From IMG/VR virus record IMGVR_UViG_3300032271_000867, positions 24,413 through 88,412 of that record: a stretch of 64,000 bases of DNA, one strand, 5' to 3'. Below, piece after piece: positions 58,910-64,000 of this stretch. The notes under the pieces were generated by a model, which saw only the letters and a program-made list of their open reading frames with translations, made no database searches and was not told the origin of the DNA. Position 1 is the stretch's first letter. The number at the start of each line of letters is the position of its first letter. The DNA comes from a virus. Made by a program: the position numbers and the translations under genes.

Positions 58910-58989
58910 TGGACCTGGGGCGAATTGAACGCCCGTCTTACTTCCTCCGACATGCGGCTTTAAAAAGCAATCGACACCATTTCAGGCCC
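58910..58989 (-). ncRNA. 80-nt tmRNA-like RNA consisting of the tRNA-like domain only
   Basis: GGGCCTG AAATGGTGTCGA TTGCTTTT..GGAAGTAA GAC GGGCG TTCAATT CGCCC CAGGTCC A: G3.U70, A73, stemless D-loop, helix 2a, GAC linker, T arm; no room for a tag ORF. Confidence 0.8.
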
Positions 58990-58996
58990 TAGACAT

Positions 58997-59020
58997 CCTG
59001 GGCACTGTTAAGCACCCAGG
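58997..59020 (-). other. Hairpin just 5' of the tmRNA-like RNA
   Basis: Minus CCTGGGTGCT-TAAC-AGTGCCCAGG; needs G.U pairs, so it forms only on the minus strand. Confidence 0.55.
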
Positions 59021-59047
59021 TGTTTATTTGTCTAGTCTACACCAAAG

Positions 59048-59140
59048 TTAATTGATTTTAATGACTTTTGGGCGTTTTTCAATAGGTAGTTCTCGGTTGA
59101 ACTGAACAGTCAACATACCGTTCTCAAGCAGGGCATTGGT
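59048..59140 (-). pseudogene. Start-less diverged duplicate of the last 30 codons of hsp20
   Basis: TNALLENGMLTVQFNRELPIEKRPKVIKIN* versus TNALLENGMLTVQFNKNLPEEKKPKVIDIH* at 59228-59320. Confidence 0.85.
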
Positions 59141-59227
59141 TGTGGGACTTCCACCCACCGTCTAAACTTTCCAACTCCCAAGATGTAAGTTGCAAAACTT
59201 AGTCAGTAAACTATTGAATCACACTTT

Positions 59228-59752
59228 TTAGTGAATGTCAATAACCTTCGGCTTTTTTTCTTCAGGAAGGTTTTTGTTGAACTGAACTGTAAGCATGCCG
59301 TTTTCAAGCAGGGCATTGGTGACTTCCCAATACTCAGCTACAGCAAGTTCTAGTTTAAAATCACGAGTAGCAATTCCTTGGTAAACAACTTCGCCAAGTT
59401 GCTTATCTTTTTTCTTACCTTCAATAGTAAGAACAGAATCTTGAACAGTTACAGTGATTTCTTTTTTGTAAAAACCAGCCACAGCTACATTAAGTAGGTT
59501 AGTACCATCTTCCAACGACACAATGTCGTATGGAGGATAAGAGGGGCGATTGTTAGTTACTTCTTTGAGTTGTTCAAGAAGGGGAAACCAGCCAATAGAT
59601 AGGCGGTCTAGGCGGGGAAACAAGTCAGCAATAGTGACTGGTCTCGGCACAGATGGGGTTTTCCACTGGTCATAGTAATCCAAACCATGTGGATTCTTTT
59701 TCTTTTGGGTTTTTGACCAAGGGTTTTGTGGGTCAAATGGTTGTTCGTGCAT
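59228..59752 (-). CDS. hsp20: Small heat-shock protein (Hsp20/IbpA family)
   Basis: SYPPYDI, VAVAGF, LTIEG, YQGIATRDF, A.LENGML.V, PEEKKPKVI.I. Confidence 0.93.
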   Translation of the reverse strand: MHEQPFDPQNPWSKTQKKKNPHGLDYYDQWKTPSVPRPVTIADLFPRLDRLSIGWFPLLEQLKEVTNNRPSYPPYDIVSLEDGTNLLNVAVAGFYKKEITVTVQDSVLTIEGKKKDKQLGEVVYQGIATRDFKLELAVAEYWEVTNALLENGMLTVQFNKNLPEEKKPKVIDIH

Positions 59753-59779
59753 ATTGTCTCCTTAGACGACAACTGTGCT

Positions 59780-59824
59780 ATGAGAACGAACGGTTACAAT
59801 CTCAAATGAGAACGAACGGTTACA
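59780..59824. repeat. 19-bp direct repeat, two copies, inside an inverted repeat in the hsp20 leader
   Basis: ATGAGAACGAACGGTTACA at 59780-59798 and 59806-59824; enclosed by ACTGTGCTA (59772-59780) / TAGCACAGT (59835-59843). Confidence 0.9.
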
Positions 59825-59879
59825 TTACTGCCCGTAGCACAGTATTAGTTATAGACACCCGATTGGCATGTCTAAAAAG

Positions 59880-59888
59880 ATTATAACA
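59880..59888 (-). promoter_or_regulatory. Extended -10 promoter for hsp20
   Basis: TGTTATAAT on the minus strand about 130 nt upstream of the ATG. Confidence 0.6.
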
Positions 59889-59890
59889 GA

Positions 59891-59992
59891 TTATTTAAAT
59901 GTTACAGGAATATGAGTCATACCAAGCTGTCTTGCAGCCATAACTCGGTGGTGTCCTTCAAATTGCTGGCCCATATTTTCTTTACTTGTCAC
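59891..59992 (-). CDS. 33-aa mini-ORF: QF tag fused to a ParB-like C-terminal fragment (not in track)
   Basis: MTSKENMGQQF + EGHHRVMAARQLGMTHIPVTFK; GTG start. Confidence 0.55.
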   Translation of the reverse strand: MTSKENMGQQFEGHHRVMAARQLGMTHIPVTFK

Positions 59993-60007
59993 TAGTATTG
60001 CCCGATC

Positions 60008-60481
60008 TTAATTGTAATCATTTTTAAATGCGTTAAAATCGTCAATATGTTGTAAAAACTCATGAGGAGTAAATAACCCTTTTTCATAAGGAGCATCTCC
60101 ATAACCTCCAATATTCTTAGAATCAATACTGGTTGCATCTACTAACCCATGTTTTGGGTGATGATGCTCAATGTAGGGGCCTCCATACCAAGTATGCTTC
60201 CAACCATCCGGTTCAGTATGGCTGACATGAAATTGGCTATTTTCATCTGATTTGATCATAGAATTAGGAAAATGAGTAGCACGATTCATAAATGTATAAT
60301 TACGATGAGTAACTAACTCGTCTTCAGAAGCATCAGACTTAGGGCCACCAAAAATAGCTGCAATTCCATCCATTAAATTTAAAGCAATTGCTTTAGCATG
60401 CATTTCTTTTTGTTCATTTTTAGAAACATTACGACCAATAATACCATCAAATTGGGAACCAAGGTTTTCTTCACTTGTCAT
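60008..60481 (-). CDS. Hypothetical protein with N-terminal QF tag
   Basis: Probable start ATG 60481 (MTSEENLGSQF), overlapping the upstream stop; the track start 60598 overlaps another gene by over 100 nt. Confidence 0.65.
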   Translation of the reverse strand: MTSEENLGSQFDGIIGRNVSKNEQKEMHAKAIALNLMDGIAAIFGGPKSDASEDELVTHRNYTFMNRATHFPNSMIKSDENSQFHVSHTEPDGWKHTWYGGPYIEHHHPKHGLVDATSIDSKNIGGYGDAPYEKGLFTPHEFLQHIDDFNAFKNDYN

Positions 60482-60944
60482 TATTGTTTTTACCCCAATC
60501 ATGGCCATTTGTATCATCTTTTTTACTATTTTTATTATTTTTCCAAACATCATCCCCATAAGCATAATTACCAGATAATTTAGAATAATTAAACGCACTA
60601 GAATTCATACTGTTAGCTCTAGTGCTTAAACTAAGTGCTAATGGAGTATCCGGATATTTTGTGCTAAATTCTTTAGCTGCCTTTGCCCAATGGCTTGCTG
60701 CGTTAGTTAAATGATTTGAAGCTTCTAAATAATTACGATTAACATGCTCTTTAATTGCTGCTTCAAAATGAGGGTTAGCATTAGAAATGTGATTAGCTAC
60801 TGCATCTAATGCACCTTGCATATCTGAAGTACCAAAAGCATCTACATCTTTCAACAATCCATCAGTATTTTTACGCATACTGACTAAATATAGAGTTAGT
60901 TTATCATGCAAAAATTGCTTGCCAAAATTATTCTCATGAGCCAT
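60471..60944 (-). CDS. Helical hypothetical protein with N-terminal QF tag
   Basis: MAHENNFGKQF..; helical core with similarity to 62014..62523 (NY.EAS.....A..H). Confidence 0.65.
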   Translation of the reverse strand: MAHENNFGKQFLHDKLTLYLVSMRKNTDGLLKDVDAFGTSDMQGALDAVANHISNANPHFEAAIKEHVNRNYLEASNHLTNAASHWAKAAKEFSTKYPDTPLALSLSTRANSMNSSAFNYSKLSGNYAYGDDVWKNNKNSKKDDTNGHDWGKNNNDK

Positions 60945-61257
60945 TTGGGTCTTTTGCCTCTCCTATGACTTTGAAACCACGTCTATCATTGATCTCTTTA
61001 CCCTCAAATCTATTATTAGTTAATTCTTCTGCAGGACTCAATGGCTCTACTTCCCAAACTTTAGGGGTATAACCAGCTTCACGTTGACTTTGTACAACAA
61101 GTCTTCCATTTGCATAACTTTTAGCAAAATCATAATCTGGTGTGGCTGATGCACCAAATTTTCTTCGTGAGGGAATTATATCTCCAGGTTTATAAGGACG
61201 AGAAGATCCATGGTACAAAGTACCAAATTGATGGGCACTATTATTTTGTTCACTCAT
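60934..61257 (-). CDS. Putative ADP-ribosyltransferase (Arr-like) with N-terminal QF tag
   Basis: MSEQNNSAHQF then LYHGS..YKPGDII..ASATPD...A..YA..KVWEVEP..E. Confidence 0.65.
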   Translation of the reverse strand: MSEQNNSAHQFGTLYHGSSRPYKPGDIIPSRRKFGASATPDYDFAKSYANGRLVVQSQREAGYTPKVWEVEPLSPAEELTNNRFEGKEINDRRGFKVIGEAKDPNGS

Positions 61258-61549
61258 TTGGGTGTACCTCTGCATTGTGGGCTAATAGATTTGTGTAACC
61301 ATGAGGAATAATTTGGCCACAACCTCTTGTACAAAGAAATCCTTCTTCAGGTGTTTCTTTTTTAAACCCAAAACCACTGTCATTACGCTCCATGCCTTCT
61401 GGTATTGGAGTTTGTTGTGCGGCACTCATCGAAGATCCGGCTCTAGGAGGTTGTGCCTTCTTTTTTCTTTTTTTAGGTTTTTTTGGTTGAGGCCCAAAAT
61501 CATCATCACCAGAAAGCCACTCACCTTCATTACTCCACATTCTTCCCAT
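61250..61549 (-). CDS. Hypothetical protein with Lys tract and C2H2-like end
   Basis: CTRGC..H....H; AAGGAG SD. Confidence 0.6.
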   Translation of the reverse strand: MGRMWSNEGEWLSGDDDFGPQPKKPKKRKKKAQPPRAGSSMSAAQQTPIPEGMERNDSGFGFKKETPEEGFLCTRGCGQIIPHGYTNLLAHNAEVHPNE

Positions 61550-62014
61550 TTATTTCTCCTTTCCACCATTGTGCTCTGGATCATGATCCCAGTGGTCTTC
61601 TAAGCCCCATCTGCTTTCTGCAACATAATCGCAAGGTTTACCAGTCATATCATTAGTTTGACCACAGTAATGCAACCCGTAATCTTTAGATCGGTAATTA
61701 CTTTCATTCCAAAACTCATGTGGTTTATCAGAAAAAATAGGTTTATCAGGTTTAGGATATGAAGAATGTCCAACACCGGCATCTTCCAAAGTTGACCAAC
61801 AAGAGTCACATTCTGGGCTATCTGTACCACCCTCTACACCAGAATAAGCGTGTTTTTTACACATAGAGCAAGTAAATGGCTTACCAAAAGTATTTTGGTA
61901 CTCTTGCTCAGACATACGCAAATTATTAACTCTATGGTTATAGCTAATATCTGTAAGGTTTAAAGGTTGATTACCTTCGTAATACCCGCTTTTATCTTCT
62001 GGCAATTGTGCCAT
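61550..62014 (-). CDS. Hypothetical Zn-binding protein
   Basis: CSMC, CDSC, C..C..H...H motifs. Confidence 0.6.
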   Translation of the reverse strand: MAQLPEDKSGYYEGNQPLNLTDISYNHRVNNLRMSEQEYQNTFGKPFTCSMCKKHAYSGVEGGTDSPECDSCWSTLEDAGVGHSSYPKPDKPIFSDKPHEFWNESNYRSKDYGLHYCGQTNDMTGKPCDYVAESRWGLEDHWDHDPEHNGGKEK

Positions 62015-62523
62015 TATTCACTCATCATTCTTTTATAAGAGTTTGCAGTTTCTTTACTTAGTTCAATATGTTTATCAATTACATCATTGATTGGGTGGTT
62101 ACCAAACGAAGCTTTAGCATAATTAGCAGCAAATGACAGTTGGTGATGGGCCATAAGCATATTTTGTGAAGCTTCATTGTAATCACCAAGTTTGTGATTG
62201 TCATATGACTGGCGCAAATATTGTTGTGCTAAATCTACGTGATCTAATGATTTTGGCAAAAATTCTGGTGCATTTTTGTGAGCAAGTAATTCCGGATTCA
62301 TACGAATATGGTTACCAATATTTACGGCAAAACTATCGCCAATTTGGTTCATAGTTTTTAAATGCTCTAGACCTTTTAAATGATTAAGTACTGGGTCAAA
62401 TTGACTACCATTTAAATTTCTAGCTCTTTCTTGATCCCATTTGTTAGTTTGCTCTTCTTTAATAAGGCGTTGATGTGCTGCCTCTAAATCATCGTCACTT
62501 GGCATTTCAAAGTTATTAGCCAT
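62014..62523 (-). CDS. Helical His-rich hypothetical protein with internal NLNGSQF
   Basis: 169 aa, TAATG-coupled. Confidence 0.65.
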   Translation of the reverse strand: MANNFEMPSDDDLEAAHQRLIKEEQTNKWDQERARNLNGSQFDPVLNHLKGLEHLKTMNQIGDSFAVNIGNHIRMNPELLAHKNAPEFLPKSLDHVDLAQQYLRQSYDNHKLGDYNEASQNMLMAHHQLSFAANYAKASFGNHPINDVIDKHIELSKETANSYKRMMSE

Positions 62524-62990
62524 TATTTTACCTTCTTTGCTTCAATACCAAGTTTCTCAAACATTTTAATATTTTTCTTTTTATCGTCATACGCTTTTTT
62601 GACATCAAACTTAGGAAGTATATCTTCTTCTAAAAGTTCTTTTTTTACTTTTTTGTCTTTTTCTGTCAAATCATCCGTAGGACGCATTATGAGAGCATCA
62701 TATGGTATATGGTTCTTATGTAACCATTTCTTAGTTTCAGGGCGATAGTAAGCACTTCTAGCCGTTAATATAACAATATTTTCGCCATTGGCTTTAGCTT
62801 TGTGCATTTTTTCTACAATGTCTTCTTTTACAGGCACATCGAGAGCTTCTTTAGCAAAATCCTCATTACGGTGTTTGTGATGTTTTTCATACTTCATGTC
62901 ATCGGCAATTGTGCCATCTAGATCAAACAACACAGTTTTAGCTCTTTTGTGAAGAGGTTTTTGTAATTCAAAGTCGTTATTCTTTGACAT
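62523..62990 (-). CDS. HAD-family phosphatase (like the phosphatase domain of T4 polynucleotide kinase)
   Basis: LFDLDGTIAD, ILTAR, YDALIMRP, K, AYDD. Confidence 0.88.
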   Translation of the reverse strand: MSKNNDFELQKPLHKRAKTVLFDLDGTIADDMKYEKHHKHRNEDFAKEALDVPVKEDIVEKMHKAKANGENIVILTARSAYYRPETKKWLHKNHIPYDALIMRPTDDLTEKDKKVKKELLEEDILPKFDVKKAYDDKKKNIKMFEKLGIEAKKVK

Positions 62991-63475
62991 TATTCTTCAT
63001 CTATTCTCTTAGGGATGCCATCTGATCCTAATCTGTATTTTTTATCATAAACAACTGCAGGGGTATACCCTTTCATACTTACTCTTTTTACAAACTTTTC
63101 ATACGGCTCTACTAAAGGAAATTTAGCATTGTCATTAAATTGTTTATGAGTAAAGTCAACTACATGCAATCCTTCAGTAGTATGGACAACATTTACGTAA
63201 TGGTTTTCTTTAGTAATAGGATGCTTAAACTCTAGTTGTCCTGATCTATAATCTGGTAAATAAGGCTCAACTGCATCTGCCGCTTTGTCACATTCTCCAG
63301 TAGCACCCCATTTATTTCCGTAAGAATACTGTAGATAGTTTTCTCCAGGTTCACCAGTATTACGATCTATGCCATTTTCCCCAAATCCTGGATGATCAAC
63401 ACTAATAAGTCCTTTAGCAATTGCTTTTAATTCTTTTGGAGTAACAAGTTTTGCTTGGTCAAATTCCATTCGCAT
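62990..63475 (-). CDS. Putative papain/transglutaminase-fold protein
   Basis: GECDKAA..NHYVNVV..VVDFTHKQF suggests a Cys-His-Asp triad. Confidence 0.5.
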   Translation of the reverse strand: MRMEFDQAKLVTPKELKAIAKGLISVDHPGFGENGIDRNTGEPGENYLQYSYGNKWGATGECDKAADAVEPYLPDYRSGQLEFKHPITKENHYVNVVHTTEGLHVVDFTHKQFNDNAKFPLVEPYEKFVKRVSMKGYTPAVVYDKKYRLGSDGIPKRIDEE

Positions 63476-63744
63476 TACTTTTTACCTCTAAGTTCCCACA
63501 TACGTTTACTGATGTTACCTACGCCACTGCCGGTAATGCGGTTAATGTCATTAAAAGTTTGATTTTTGTATGCTTCTTCATTATCTGCTAATTCTTGTTT
63601 TGCAGCTAAATGTTGCTCCAAAGAATGAGAAGGAATAATTTGATGAGTGTTTAGTGCACTTCTAATGTGCTGCCAAGTAGACCCTGTACCTGGCTCAATA
63701 ATACCGCCACATTCATAACAAGTTGGAGATATAGGACTAGTCAT
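63475..63744 (-). CDS. Hypothetical protein with CxxC
   Basis: ATG 63744 after a GAGGA SD; CYEC..WQH..H. Confidence 0.6.
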   Translation of the reverse strand: MTSPISPTCYECGGIIEPGTGSTWQHIRSALNTHQIIPSHSLEQHLAAKQELADNEEAYKNQTFNDINRITGSGVGNISKRMWELRGKK

Positions 63745-63829
63745 TGTGCTTCCTCTCACAGTCCCTAGCTAAGGAAGGCACTGCGTGTTGTTTCTTGCAA
63801 ACTGTACAGGTGTACTTTGAAGTTTTCAT
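63737..63829 (-). CDS. 30-aa Zn-finger micro-protein (not in track)
   Basis: MKTSKYTCTVCKKQHAVPSLARDCERKHND; TAAACT -10 lies 7 nt upstream (leaderless). Confidence 0.55.
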   Translation of the reverse strand: MKTSKYTCTVCKKQHAVPSLARDCERKHND

Positions 63830-63872
63830 TACTGCAAGTTTACTGGCAACTACTTACTTTTTTCTGCTTATT

Positions 63873-64000
63873 TTAGTCGACTTCTCCACTAGAACGCTTA
63901 GGTAATCTAGATTTAGTAGATTTTGCCCAAAGTTCTCCAAGATCAGTTCTTTGATCTGAATGTACGGGATTTAAACCTTGCTGCTTGGCGTAGTTAAACA
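63873..64000 (-). CDS. C-terminal fragment of a probable GNAT-like protein (starts outside the window)
   Basis: ..FNYAKQQGLNPVHSDQRTDLGELWAKS.. resembles the HS..RT..G..W ending of phage GNAT-fold proteins. Confidence 0.45.
   Translation of the reverse strand, partial: FNYAKQQGLNPVHSDQRTDLGELWAKSTKSRLPKRSSGEVD

Noticed and set aside
58910-58989. Ordinary or pseudo tRNA-Ala
   Set aside because: No D stem and no 7-nt anticodon loop; the D-loop and GAC linker match tmRNA instead.
58910-59227. Permuted two-piece tmRNA using the start-less hsp20 fragment as tag ORF
   Set aside because: The tRNA-like domain is complete and in standard order by itself; the upstream T-arm-like hairpin has no matching acceptor strand and no tmRNA resume context is evident.
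59048-59320. hsp20 3' duplicate as a DGR template/variable repeat pair
   Set aside because: Differences include C/T and other non-adenine changes, many synonymous, and no RT is nearby.
59780-59824. CRISPR mini-array
   Set aside because: Only two 19-nt copies with a 7-nt spacer; no cas genes.
14298-61830. Nested minus-strand alternative-frame ORFs (14298, 25684, 40696, 43039, 52452, 53111, 53489, 55299, 61645)
   Set aside because: Each lies almost entirely within a longer, better-supported gene, without initiation signals.
1749-62354. All plus-strand ORFs in the track (e.g. 1749..1940, 22182..22490, 53896..54348, 55138..55503)
   Set aside because: They lie antisense to well-supported minus-strand genes, lack SDs and show no recognisable motifs; shadow ORFs.

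Overview
This window is part of a lytic-looking, AT-rich dsDNA myovirus genome with essentially every real gene on the minus strand. Going up the coordinates it holds: (1) a replication module (family A DNA polymerase running off the window start, SSB, MerR-type HTH protein, SNF2 helicase, primase, DnaB helicase, DnaC-like loader, HTH initiator); (2) baseplate, tape measure (M23 peptidase), tail chaperones, tube and sheath; (3) a cluster of tiny Lys-rich genes; (4) a ~14 kb array of tail-fibre/receptor-binding genes; (5) N4-gp56-type major capsid, scaffold, portal and large terminase; (6) lysis genes (CHAP endolysin, holin); (7) an RNA-gene region (tRNA-Leu UAA, tRNA-Asn GUU and an 80-nt tmRNA-like RNA, alternating with homing-type endonucleases); (8) Hsp20 and small accessory enzymes. 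Gene content, leaderless starts and a HemA-like fragment suggest an actinobacterial host (inference). The most striking observations: four consecutive accessory genes with unrelated cargo domains share an identically positioned 11-residue N-terminal tag M-x4-N-x3-QF (candidate capsid-packaging signal for injected effectors); an 80-nt RNA with the complete tmRNA tRNA-like domain but no mRNA-like domain; a portal gene split by a 7-nt GAA-UAG-U-GAG insert that a Glu-to-Glu ribosome hop would repair exactly; and a stand-alone glutamyl-tRNA-reductase dimerisation-like protein. All family assignments are from motif recognition by eye, not database searches.
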